This document shows, piece by piece, positions 1-8,346 of a stretch of DNA of 64,000 nt (position 1 is the first letter of the stretch; every line of letters starts with the position of its first letter). Under the pieces are notes generated by a model. The model saw only the letters and a program-made list of their open reading frames with translations, made no database searches and was not told the origin of the DNA. A program made the translations under genes and the position numbers. The DNA lies in NCBI GenBank assembly GCA_040882355.1, contig JBBEBM010000042.1, positions 17,309 through 81,308 on the forward strand, in the 5' to 3' direction. The stretch comes from Dehalococcoidia bacterium. Lineage in GTDB: Bacteria > Chloroflexota > Dehalococcoidia > DSTF01 > RBG-16-68-14.

Positions 1-62
1 GTCGCGCTGCGCGATGGACCTGGCGGGATAGCCGGCTCCCGCCCCGGCGAAGCTAAGCCTGC

Positions 63-91
63 TTGACACTAACCGAGGGCGGTGCTAGGTT
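63..91 (+). promoter_or_regulatory. sigma70-like promoter candidate (TTGACA-17nt-TAGGTT) upstream of the bc-complex operon
   Basis: Seen in sequence: TTGACA at 63-68, then a 17-nt spacer, then TAGGTT at 86-91. Confidence 0.3.
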
Positions 92-162
92 GACGTTGGA
101 CTTTGAGCCTTACTTCACAAACGAGGCAGGATCAGCCTCGTGACGGTGAGAGGGAGAGAGCC

Positions 163-267
163 GTGCCGTTCGTGATGGGCGACTTCGCCGAGTTGGGCGC
201 CGTGTTCTTCACGGTGGCCATCTCCATCATCATCATGGTCGTGCTGGGGAACTGGTGGGCGCGCTAG
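163..267 (+). CDS. small single-TM protein (34 aa; alternative ATG at 175) immediately upstream of cytochrome b; possible small bc-complex subunit
   Basis: The RBS-like AGGGAGAGAG is followed by GTG, and the ORF encodes VPFVMGDFAELGAVFFTVAISIIIMVVLGNWWAR. It has one hydrophobic helix and is absent from the ORF track. Confidence 0.3.
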   Translation: MPFVMGDFAELGAVFFTVAISIIIMVVLGNWWAR

Positions 268-291
268 CGCCCGAGTTCGCGAGGGACAGCC

Positions 292-1047
292 ATGGCAGTC
301 ACTGAGCAACCTCGAGGCCCGGGATTCGGTTCGTGGCTCTACGACAAACTCTTCCATAACTACATCTGGCGCTCTATCTTCCGTTCGGGCTACCCGAACA
401 CCCCCCGCAACCAGATGCTCGTCGTGGCCACCAACGTCTTCCTCCACCTTCATCCCACCCGCATCCACAAGACACACGTTCGGATCACCCACACATACTG
501 CCTCGGTGGCATCACCTTCTTCTTCTTCCTCGGACTCACGGTCACGGGCGTGATGCTCATGTTCTACTACCGCCCGTCTGCGGAACTCGCCTTCAGCGAC
601 ATCGCCGCGCTCGAGACCAACGTCCGATTCGGCATGCTGATGCGCAACCTCCACCGCTGGATGGCCCACGGCATGGTGATCTCAGTCTTCCTGCACATGA
701 TGCGGGTGTTCTACACCGGCGCCTACAAGCCACCGCGCGAGTTCAACTGGGTGGTCGGCGTCATCCTGCTCGTGCTGACGCTCGTGCTCAGCTACACCGG
801 CTACCTGCTCCCCTGGGACCAGCTCGCGATCTGGGCGGTGACGGTGGGCATGAACATGGCAGGTTCAGCGCCCGTGCTCGGCGAACAGTCCCGCATGGTT
901 ATGCTGGGCGGGTTCGAAGTGGGGCCGTCGGCGCTGATCCGCTTCTACACCCTCCACGTCATTGGGTTGCCCCTCCTTGCCGCGATCTTCATGGCCGTGC
1001 ACTTCTGGCGCATTCGACGTGATGGCGGGCTGGCCCGGCCTCTGTAA
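292..1047 (+). CDS. petB: cytochrome b (b6-like N-terminal haem-binding subunit) of a bc-type complex
   Basis: The 251-aa translation has the conserved cytochrome b/b6 N-terminal features: multiple TM helices and conserved His. It is followed by a subunit-IV-like gene and a Rieske gene. Confidence 0.85.
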   Translation: MAVTEQPRGPGFGSWLYDKLFHNYIWRSIFRSGYPNTPRNQMLVVATNVFLHLHPTRIHKTHVRITHTYCLGGITFFFFLGLTVTGVMLMFYYRPSAELAFSDIAALETNVRFGMLMRNLHRWMAHGMVISVFLHMMRVFYTGAYKPPREFNWVVGVILLVLTLVLSYTGYLLPWDQLAIWAVTVGMNMAGSAPVLGEQSRMVMLGGFEVGPSALIRFYTLHVIGLPLLAAIFMAVHFWRIRRDGGLARPL

Positions 1048-1059
1048 GGCGAACGATCG

Positions 1060-2043
1060 ATGGCCGTTGAAGCGCAGACGATAGCGCGGGACACACCGAG
1101 CACTCGGCCGAAGCGGGAGCGCGAGCAAGAGCTCCTCGTCTGGCCGGACCTCGTCTTCGTCGAGTTCATTGCGGCGGTGGTGTTCACCATCACCTTCGTG
1201 ATTCTCTCCATGCTCATCAACGCGCCGCTCCTCGACCGGGCGAACCTGAACATCACGCCCAACCCGTCGAAGGCGCCCTGGTACTTCATGAACTTGCAGG
1301 AGCTCCTGCTCCACATGCACCCCGCTACAGCGGGCGTGATCCTGCCCACCATCGCGATCATCATCCTCGCCGCCCTGCCCTACGTCGACCGTTCGGCCGA
1401 GGGGCAGGGCGTTTGGTTCGGCACCAAGAACGCAGTCAAGATCACGATCTTCTCCGCCGTGTTCGCCGGGGCGCTGATCCCGGCCCTGGTGTTGTACGAC
1501 CAGGGCCGCCACGTCAACGTCACGACCGAAATCGCTCAGCGCTTCGACGCGGACTGGGAGTGGCCGGCCCAGTTAGACATGTTCCGCAACGTGCGCGCTA
1601 TTCAGACCACCTGGACATGGGCGGTCCCGGTTCCAGAAAGCGCCCAGCTCGGCAGCGGCGAACACGACGGCGAGCTCAACTGGCCGCAAGACTTCACTCA
1701 TATTCCGATGCCCTTCAATGGCACCAGCGGGCCCGACTGGATGCAGTGGGACCAGCCAAACTGGCCGGGCTGGATGCTCGCCATGTACTGGTATGATCTC
1801 AACTGGAACTTCCCGGCCTTCCTGGTGGAGCAGATCATCCCGGTTTCCATCATGGTCGGCCTGCCGGTCTTGCTCATTCTGATCCTCAAGAAGATCGGCT
1901 GGGTGGTCACCGTGCGTGACGGCGCGATCGCGCTGTTCACCGGCTTCATGATGACCTACATCGCCCTCACCATCATCGGCGCGGGCTTCCGGGGCGCCGG
2001 GCAGGACCTCGTCATGCCCTGGGACGTCCCGCGGCTGGAGTAG
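1060..2043 (+). CDS. cytochrome b C-terminal / subunit IV-like protein with a PEWY-type Qo motif (APWYF) and an extended C-terminus
   Basis: The translation contains KAPWYFMNLQELLLHMHP, a variant of the PEWY motif. It is a polytopic membrane protein sitting directly after cytochrome b. Confidence 0.7.
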   Translation: MAVEAQTIARDTPSTRPKREREQELLVWPDLVFVEFIAAVVFTITFVILSMLINAPLLDRANLNITPNPSKAPWYFMNLQELLLHMHPATAGVILPTIAIIILAALPYVDRSAEGQGVWFGTKNAVKITIFSAVFAGALIPALVLYDQGRHVNVTTEIAQRFDADWEWPAQLDMFRNVRAIQTTWTWAVPVPESAQLGSGEHDGELNWPQDFTHIPMPFNGTSGPDWMQWDQPNWPGWMLAMYWYDLNWNFPAFLVEQIIPVSIMVGLPVLLILILKKIGWVVTVRDGAIALFTGFMMTYIALTIIGAGFRGAGQDLVMPWDVPRLE

Positions 2044-2044
2044 C

Positions 2045-2749
2045 ATGACCGAGCAAGAGAAGCAGGAACAGCCGGCCGAAGGACCGCCCGCCGCAGAGGG
2101 CGAAGCCGCCGACGCCGAGGCGACCGGCGCCACGGCGGACGCGGCGGGGCGCCGCCCCGCGCGCAAGGAACAGGCCGCGGCGCCCGCTGGGCCCTCGACG
2201 GCCGTCCTCGCCCGGCGCAACGTTCCCGGCGAGCCCGTCGTCTCCCGGCGCACCGTGTTGCGTGTCGGCTTCTGGGCCAGCCTGGGCGCCATGATCGCCG
2301 GCATCGGCGCGTGCAGCCTCGATCTCGTCTACCCGCGAGGCGTCACCGGCTTCGGTGGTACCGTCTCCGCTGGCGAGGTGAGCCAGTACCCGCCCGGCAG
2401 CAAGACACAGGTCCCGGAAGGGCGCTTCTGGGTCGTCAACCTGACGGCGGAGCAGGGTGGCCCCGGACTGCTCGCCCTCTGGTGGAAGTGCCCGCACCTC
2501 GGCTGCACCGTGCCCTGGCGACCCGAGTTCGTCTGGCCCGACCCGACCACGGGCGCGCCAAAGAAGGGCTGGTTCCGCTGCCCGTGCCACGGCTCTACCT
2601 ACACCGACGCCGGCGTCCGTGTGTTCGGGCCCGCGCCCAGGTCCATGGACACCATGGCCATGACGATCGAGAACGGGCGCATCAGCGTTGATACCGGCGG
2701 CGTCACGCCAGGTGGACCGGACAACCCGGACCGCGCGATACGAGTCTAG
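2045..2749 (+). CDS. Rieske [2Fe-2S] iron-sulfur protein
   Basis: It has the CPHLGC and CPCHGS Rieske boxes. Its ATG overlaps the stop of the upstream gene (TAGCATG). Confidence 0.85.
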   Translation: MTEQEKQEQPAEGPPAAEGEAADAEATGATADAAGRRPARKEQAAAPAGPSTAVLARRNVPGEPVVSRRTVLRVGFWASLGAMIAGIGACSLDLVYPRGVTGFGGTVSAGEVSQYPPGSKTQVPEGRFWVVNLTAEQGGPGLLALWWKCPHLGCTVPWRPEFVWPDPTTGAPKKGWFRCPCHGSTYTDAGVRVFGPAPRSMDTMAMTIENGRISVDTGGVTPGGPDNPDRAIRV

Positions 2750-2787
2750 CACCAGCGAACTAGACCAGGAGCGAGCAAAGGAAGCGA

Positions 2788-5088
2788 ATGAACACCAGCA
2801 AGCAGATCAACGCTATGGTGGTCGTCCTCTTCCTTGCCCTGATCACCATCGGCGCCTACGTCGTCTGGGACCCCTTCCGCAGCGAAGCCGCCGAGGACCA
2901 GCAGCTCGATATCACCGTCGAGCGCGGCGCGACGACCTTCGCGCTCAACTGCCGCTTGTGCCACGGCGACCGGGGCGAGGGCGGATCGGATGGCGGACGG
3001 CTGGGGGTGGCGCCCGCGCTCGACCGGGAGGGCCTGCAGGGGATCGAAGGGGGCACGTTCACTGCGGCCGCGCACGCCGCAGCCTTCAAGCTCGTCTCGA
3101 ACACCATCACCTGCGGCCGCGCCGGCACGGCTATGCCTACATGGGGCGCCACTCAGGGCGGCACCCTGAACGAAGAACAGATCCGCCAGCTCACAGTGCT
3201 CATCACCCAGGGCACCCTGGCCGACGGCCGCTCGACGTGGGAGCTGGCGCAGGAGCACGCCGACGAGATCGACGCCGAGTCCACCGCACACGCCGAGCTT
3301 GAGATGCCCGACGGCTTGACCGCCGACGCCGGCGAGATTGTGGTCAGCAGCGCCGAGCTGTTCAACCGGGACCAGTACATCCGCATCGACGAAGAGCGCC
3401 TCTACATCCCCGGCTACCGGCTGGAGGTGCAGCGCGCCGTAAATGGCTCCGCAGGCGCCGAGCACGAAATCGGCACCGCGATCCTCGAAGTAGACGTCGA
3501 GACCGGGGAGACGGTCAAGTTCGCGATCGCGCCGGAAGACACCACCATCTACGTCAGTGGCGTTCGCGGCGTCGAGGTCGACGACGTTCTGCGTAGCATC
3601 GATGTCGGCGACACGATCCGGATCGGCGAAGAGCAGATGACGGTGACCGCCAGCGCTTCCGGCATCCCGACCACCGGTCAGTTCCTCATCGAAGAGATCG
3701 GTAGGACACCGGGCAGCTTCCTGGTGAGCGGCATCGAAGGTATCGAAGCGGGCGCCGTAATCCGGCTCAACGGCGAGCTGATGGTCGTCGAGGCGATTCG
3801 AGACGATGGCGAGACCGCGATCGAGGTCGACGCTAACGTAGACGCCTCCGCCGAGACCATCGCCGTCAGCGACCCCGCCTTCTTCGGCGCCGACTATGTG
3901 ATGCGCATCGGCGACGAGCTCCTCCGCGTGGTCGAGCCCGTCGAAACGGGCCAGGCCCTGGGCGACCCCATCGGCCGCGCAGAGACCACGTTCGCCCTGA
4001 GCGGCACCGAGGGACTCGAAGAAGGAATGATCGTCCGCATCGATAGCGAGCTGATGCGTATCACCGAGCTGACACCGGCGAGCATCGACGTCGATCGCGG
4101 AGCGCCGCTGGAGGAAGAAGGCGACGAAACCGCGCCCGCAGCCCACGACGCCTCCACGCCCATCCTCCTGACCGGCGTGGAGGAAGGCGAAGACCCGGAC
4201 ACCGACCAGACGCTGCTCGAAGCAGCGGACGCCGACGCCACAGCACTGACCGTCAGCGGCACCACTGGCCTCGCCGTCGGGCAGACGTTCCAGCTCGGAG
4301 ACGAAGGCGTGCTCGTCACCGACCTCGAGCCCGCCCGCGCCCGCGTCGAGCGCGCCGTCGAGGACACGGACCTCGCTCACCATACCCGCCGCACCGCGAT
4401 TCACGACGGCAACTTCCTTGAGGTCGAACGCGGCTTCGACGGTAGTAGCGCTTCTGCGCACGACGAAGGCGACCCCGTCAACATGTTCGAGCTCGAAGTC
4501 GAGCGCGCGGCGGAGGGCTCGGAGCTGCAGGAGCACGGAAGGGGCGCGGAGGTATTCCTCGGCAACGGGCTGATGGTCGTCCGTGGCGTCAAGAGCACCG
4601 AACCCGCCGAGCACGAAGACGGCGCCCTGGTGCGCAACTTCCCCATCGCGCCGGACAACCCGGCTGACACCGCCATCGCTTGCGGCCAGCTCGCACCTCC
4701 TGAAGGCCCCGAGCCGACAGCAGGGCCAACGCCCACGGCAGGCGCTGGCACGCCTGTGGACGTGTCCCTCATCGAGTTCGAAGTCATTCCGGATCCGACG
4801 AGTGTGGCAGGAGGCGCCATCAACTTCAACGTCGCGAACGACGGCGAGATAATTCACAACTTCCGCCTCGCACTCACCGATCTCGCCGCCGACGACCTGC
4901 CCACAAGCGGTGGATCGGTAGATGAAGGCGAGTTGGAGGTCGTCGCCACGACGGCCTCCGATCTTGACTCCGGCGGCTCGGAAACCGTGGCTGCGACGCT
5001 CGACGCAGGCAGCTACGTCATGTTCTGTAATATCGTCAGCCACTACCTCAACGGCATGTACGCGGAGTTCGAGGTCACCGGCCAGTAG
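2788..5088 (+). CDS. membrane-anchored mono-haem cytochrome c fused to about seven ~55-aa repeats and a C-terminal type-1-copper cupredoxin domain
   Basis: There is an N-terminal TM helix and a CRLCHGD (CxxCH) motif at nt ~2950 with a Met-Pro ligand region. Repeats of the form hRIGxExhxV span nt ~3370-4680. The C-terminus has cupredoxin ligands: HNF...FCNIVSHYLNGM. Confidence 0.75.
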   Translation: MNTSKQINAMVVVLFLALITIGAYVVWDPFRSEAAEDQQLDITVERGATTFALNCRLCHGDRGEGGSDGGRLGVAPALDREGLQGIEGGTFTAAAHAAAFKLVSNTITCGRAGTAMPTWGATQGGTLNEEQIRQLTVLITQGTLADGRSTWELAQEHADEIDAESTAHAELEMPDGLTADAGEIVVSSAELFNRDQYIRIDEERLYIPGYRLEVQRAVNGSAGAEHEIGTAILEVDVETGETVKFAIAPEDTTIYVSGVRGVEVDDVLRSIDVGDTIRIGEEQMTVTASASGIPTTGQFLIEEIGRTPGSFLVSGIEGIEAGAVIRLNGELMVVEAIRDDGETAIEVDANVDASAETIAVSDPAFFGADYVMRIGDELLRVVEPVETGQALGDPIGRAETTFALSGTEGLEEGMIVRIDSELMRITELTPASIDVDRGAPLEEEGDETAPAAHDASTPILLTGVEEGEDPDTDQTLLEAADADATALTVSGTTGLAVGQTFQLGDEGVLVTDLEPARARVERAVEDTDLAHHTRRTAIHDGNFLEVERGFDGSSASAHDEGDPVNMFELEVERAAEGSELQEHGRGAEVFLGNGLMVVRGVKSTEPAEHEDGALVRNFPIAPDNPADTAIACGQLAPPEGPEPTAGPTPTAGAGTPVDVSLIEFEVIPDPTSVAGGAINFNVANDGEIIHNFRLALTDLAADDLPTSGGSVDEGELEVVATTASDLDSGGSETVAATLDAGSYVMFCNIVSHYLNGMYAEFEVTGQ

Positions 5089-5178
5089 CTCTTGATCGGG
5101 CGCGGCCCGATTGGCTAGACTCAGATTCGGGACGGGCCGCTGGGGCGCGTCCCGCAGCATCGAACAGGGAGCGGGCAA

Positions 5179-5298
5179 TTGGCAAACCAGGTGGGCAAGC
5201 GGTATCAGTGCAACAAGTGCGGCACGGAGATGATCGTCACCAAGGGCGGCGAGGGTGCCCTCTCTTGCTGCGGCGAGCCGATGCAACAGAAGCAGTAA
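5179..5298 (+). CDS. desulforedoxin-like small metal-binding protein (39 aa, CxxC...CC)
   Basis: A GGGAG RBS precedes a TTG start. The product LANQVGKRYQCNKCGTEMIVTKGGEGALSCCGEPMQQKQ resembles desulforedoxin (..[27 protein letters not shown]..). Too short for the ORF track. Confidence 0.55.
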   Translation: MANQVGKRYQCNKCGTEMIVTKGGEGALSCCGEPMQQKQ

Positions 5299-5312
5299 CG
5301 CGGGGGTAAGAC

Positions 5313-5456
5313 ATGTCGAACCAGTTAGGCAAGCGGTTCCAGTGCGAGACGTGCGCCACGGAGGTGCTCTGCATCAAGCCCGGCGACGGCGAAATCGAAT
5401 GCTGCGGCGCGCCGATGCAGCTCCTCCAGCCGAAGGTGCTCCCCTCCGCCGACTAG
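5313..5456 (+). CDS. second tandem desulforedoxin-like protein (47 aa)
   Basis: The product is MSNQLGKRFQCETCATEVLCIKPGDGEIECCGAPMQLLQPKVLPSAD. It has the same CxxC...CC spacing and an RBS-like GGGGG upstream. Confidence 0.55.
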   Translation: MSNQLGKRFQCETCATEVLCIKPGDGEIECCGAPMQLLQPKVLPSAD

Positions 5457-5508
5457 CGCCCCGAACGGATCACCTCACGCGCGACCGCCCCCGGTTGGGG
5501 ACGGTCGC

Positions 5509-7038
5509 TTGCGCACTATGACCCACCTGCTCCTCCACAACGCCCGCGTCCTCACCATGGACCCCCGCCGCCCCCGAGCCAGGGCGGTCGCCGTCCAGGG
5601 CGGGCGCATCGCGGCGGTGGGCACTGAGGTGGAGGCGTTGGCTGCGGCCGGTCCGAACAGCCAGCGCATCGATTGCGCCGGCGGCGCGCTCCTGCCTGCC
5701 TTTATCGACGCCCACTGCCACCTGCTCTCGTACGCGGCCAGCCTGCGATCTGTCGACTGCACGGGCGCACGCAGCATCGATGACATCATGCAGGCGGTCC
5801 GCGATCGCGCCGCCGGGACGCCGCCCGGTCAATGGGTGCGCGCCTTCGGCTACGAAGAGACGTCGCTGCGCGAGGGCCGTCACCCGGACCGCCACGACCT
5901 CGACGCCGCCGCGCCCGACCACCCGGTGCGCCTGGTCCATCGCAGCGGGCATGCGAGTGTGCTGAACAGCGCCGCGCTCCGCAGCGCGGGCATCGACATC
6001 GCCACCGAGGAGCCGCCCGGAGGCGTTATCGAGCGCGACCTCTCGACCGGCGAGCCGAGCGGCGTGCTGCTCGGCATGGAGCGCGTCATCGACCGCATCG
6101 CGCCGCCTCTGCCCTACGAGGCGCTCGCCGCCGGCGTCCGCGAGGCGAGCGGCCGCCTGCTCTCGGCCGGCATCACCTGCGTTGTCGACGCCACCCACAC
6201 CAATGGCCCCGTCGAGTGGGCGCTCTTCGAGCGGCTCATCGCCGGCGGCGCGCTCGATATCGATGTCGTGCTCATGGAAGGCATCGAGCACCTGGGCGAG
6301 CTGCCCGAAAGCGCCGCCGGCGGCCGTCTGCGCCGCGGCCCGGTCAAGATCATCCTCCACGAGCTTGGCGACCACATCGCACCCGACGAAGCCGAGCTCG
6401 CGCGCCAGGTCTGGGCCGTCCACACAGCGGGCCGTCAGGTCGCGATCCACGCCGTCGGCGAACGCACCGTCGCCGCGACCACGAGCGCGATCGAGTCCGC
6501 GCTGCGCCGCCTGCCGCGCGACGACCATCGACACCGCATCGAGCACTGCGGCCTCCTGCCCGAAGGCCTCGCGCCCCGGCTGGCCCGGCTCAGCATCGTC
6601 GTCGTCAGCCAGCCGGGCTTCGTCGCGGAGCGCGGCGAACGCTATCTGCAGCTCGTGCCGCCGGAGCAGCTCGCCTCGCTCTACGCCTTCCGCACGTTGA
6701 CGGAAGCCGGCGTTTCGCTGGCTGCGGGTTCGGACGCGCCCGTGACGGCGCCCGTGCCACTCGCTTCCGTCGCCGCTGCTATCGACCGCGCGACCCCTTC
6801 CGGACGCAGCGTCGGGCCCGAACAGGCAGTCACCGCCGGCGAGGCCATTCGTTGGTGGACGGCCCGCGCCGCGCACTCGGCTTTCCTCGAGAACGAACGC
6901 GGCATGGTCAGGGCGGGCCTGCGCGCAGACCTTCTGCTGCTCGCCGCCGATCCGCTTGACATGACGCCCGGGGACCTGCGCGCGGCAGCCGTCGAGGCGG
7001 TCTGGCAGGGTGGCAAAGCTGCCTTGATCGGCGGCTGA
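5509..7038 (+). CDS. amidohydrolase-family metal-dependent hydrolase (TIM barrel)
   Basis: The translation contains FIDAHCHLL, the HxH metal-binding signature, and is amidohydrolase-like throughout. The start may be ATG at 5518. Confidence 0.8.
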   Translation: MRTMTHLLLHNARVLTMDPRRPRARAVAVQGGRIAAVGTEVEALAAAGPNSQRIDCAGGALLPAFIDAHCHLLSYAASLRSVDCTGARSIDDIMQAVRDRAAGTPPGQWVRAFGYEETSLREGRHPDRHDLDAAAPDHPVRLVHRSGHASVLNSAALRSAGIDIATEEPPGGVIERDLSTGEPSGVLLGMERVIDRIAPPLPYEALAAGVREASGRLLSAGITCVVDATHTNGPVEWALFERLIAGGALDIDVVLMEGIEHLGELPESAAGGRLRRGPVKIILHELGDHIAPDEAELARQVWAVHTAGRQVAIHAVGERTVAATTSAIESALRRLPRDDHRHRIEHCGLLPEGLAPRLARLSIVVVSQPGFVAERGERYLQLVPPEQLASLYAFRTLTEAGVSLAAGSDAPVTAPVPLASVAAAIDRATPSGRSVGPEQAVTAGEAIRWWTARAAHSAFLENERGMVRAGLRADLLLLAADPLDMTPGDLRAAAVEAVWQGGKAALIGG

Positions 7039-7087
7039 AACCTATGTAAACTAACCCCGATTTTCACGACGAAAGGGGAGATGTTTC

Positions 7088-7288
7088 TTGGCGGAAGTCC
7101 ATGTTGGGGAGCACGAGAGCCTCGACGCGGCGCTGAGGCGCTTCACCAAGCGCGTGCAGCAAGACGGCATTCTGGCTGAAGCGCGCCGGCGCGGCGCCTT
7201 CGAAAAGCCCAGCGTGACGCGCAAGAGGAAGGCCGCGGCGAAGCGTCGCAAGTCAGCCCGTACCACCAGTCGCAGCCCCGGTCGCTAG
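7088..7288 (+). CDS. rpsU: 30S ribosomal protein S21
   Basis: The product (L)AEVHVGEHESLDAALRRFTKRVQQDGILAEARRRGAFEKPSVTRKRKAAAKRRK closely resembles bacterial S21. Confidence 0.8.
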   Translation: MAEVHVGEHESLDAALRRFTKRVQQDGILAEARRRGAFEKPSVTRKRKAAAKRRKSARTTSRSPGR

Positions 7289-7308
7289 CTCTCCTCCCTG
7301 TCTCACCG

Positions 7309-7758
7309 ATGTCACTCAAAGAACGGCTCGCCGCGGACCTGTACCATGCCATGCGTCAGCGCGAAGAACTCCGTCGCGATACGCTGCGCATGACGCTCGC
7401 GGCGGTCCACAACGCGGAGATCGAGGCGCGCGCGCAGCTCGACGACGAGGCCATCCTGAACGTGCTCTCGAAGGAGGCGAAGATGCGCCGCGAGAGCATC
7501 GAGGAGTTCAAGAAGGGCGGCCGTCAGGACCTCGTGGACAAAGAGACCGCTGAGCTCGAGATCATCTCCGCCTACCTCCCCCAGCAGCTCTCTCGAGACG
7601 AGATCGTCGAGGTGGCGCGCCAGGTCGTCCAGGAGACCGGCGCCAGCGGCCAGAAGGACATCGGCAAGGTGATGCCGGCGCTCATGCAGCGCCTCCAGGG
7701 CCGCGCCGACGGCCGCATCGCCAGCGAGGTCGTGCGGGAGCTGCTCTCGGGCTCGTAA
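7309..7758 (+). CDS. GatB/YqeY domain protein
   Basis: The 149-aa product has the typical YqeY layout and commonly follows rpsU. Confidence 0.85.
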   Translation: MSLKERLAADLYHAMRQREELRRDTLRMTLAAVHNAEIEARAQLDDEAILNVLSKEAKMRRESIEEFKKGGRQDLVDKETAELEIISAYLPQQLSRDEIVEVARQVVQETGASGQKDIGKVMPALMQRLQGRADGRIASEVVRELLSGS

Positions 7759-7799
7759 GCCTCGGGCACCGTAGCTGCGGGCTGGACGAAGGACATCTC

Positions 7800-7827
7800 G
7801 TAGGGGCGTTCAATTGAACGCCCCTAC
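7800..7827. repeat. perfect 28-bp palindrome GTAGGGGCGTTCAA|TTGAACGCCCCTAC; half-site repeated at 7887-7901
   Basis: Seen directly in the sequence. Confidence 0.6.
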
Positions 7828-7954
7828 CGTCGCGGTCAATCGAGCGTCACAGCTTCCCCGCGTATCCACCTCTGGCCGAAGACTGACGCTGAACGCCCCT
7901 ACCCCGCGGGTCAGGCTTTCCCGCCGCAAGCGGGTCCGCTTCAGACGTAAGCCT

Positions 7955-8023
7955 ACTGATCGACAAGGACCTGCTGATTCAGGTCGTGGCGGACAACCTG
8001 CGGCCGTACCCGCAGTAGCGCTC
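7955..8023 (+). pseudogene. orphan 3' fragment (LLIDKDLLIQVVADNLRPYPQ*) of a paralog of the lipoprotein gene at 33465-34100
   Basis: In-frame translation matches the C-terminus LIDKDLLIQVVAESLQPIPE* of ORF 33360..34100. Both are followed by a copy of the ~190-bp repeat element. Confidence 0.45.
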
Positions 8024-8039
8024 GCGGCGCACGCCGCTG

Positions 8040-8205
8040 CCACCAACCCCTTCGCGGTCTCTCCACCGCGGCCCTACCATAACCTCGACAATCCCGCGCG
8101 GGCATGCAGCGCCCACTGTTCTGGCGCCTGCTTCGCGGAATGGGAGCAATCGACGTGCTTCGCCAGAAGAAGGCGATTTTGCCAAACGTAATGACAAGAA
8201 ACCAT
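8040..8205 (-). repeat. copy A of a dispersed ~190-bp repeat family (core GGCGATTTTGCCAAACGT)
   Basis: It aligns with 34130-34330 in the same orientation and with 23690-24075 in reverse complement. Confidence 0.6.
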
Positions 8206-8346
8206 TGTCCGCCGGATGAAGGGCCCGCCCTTGCGGCCGAGGGCGAGGAAGGAGACGGGAGTCGAACTTCCAGCTTTGAAATCTCGAGCGGCGAGCCGTC
8301 GGACTGCCCCGTCCCGCGCGCCCTGCTATCATAGATCGAGACGCTG

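Noticed and set aside
115-669. 184-aa minus-strand ORF overlapping cytochrome b
   Set aside because: It is antisense to a conserved cytochrome b gene and is a GC-driven artefact.
2746-5286. 846-aa ORF on the minus strand
   Set aside because: It is antisense to the well-supported cytochrome c-cupredoxin gene, it is a low-complexity Ala/Gly/Arg-rich translation typical of high-GC antisense frames, and it has no recognisable motifs.
5470-6876. 468-aa minus-strand ORF, and the 375-aa Arg-rich + ORF at 5832..6959
   Set aside because: Both overlap the amidohydrolase gene in other frames or strands and are Arg/Ala/Gly-rich nonsense.
8225-8300. tRNA-like GGGAGTCGAAC segment inside repeat copy A
   Set aside because: Only a T-arm-like fragment is present. 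No acceptor stem or anticodon arm can be built, and no CCA context is seen.
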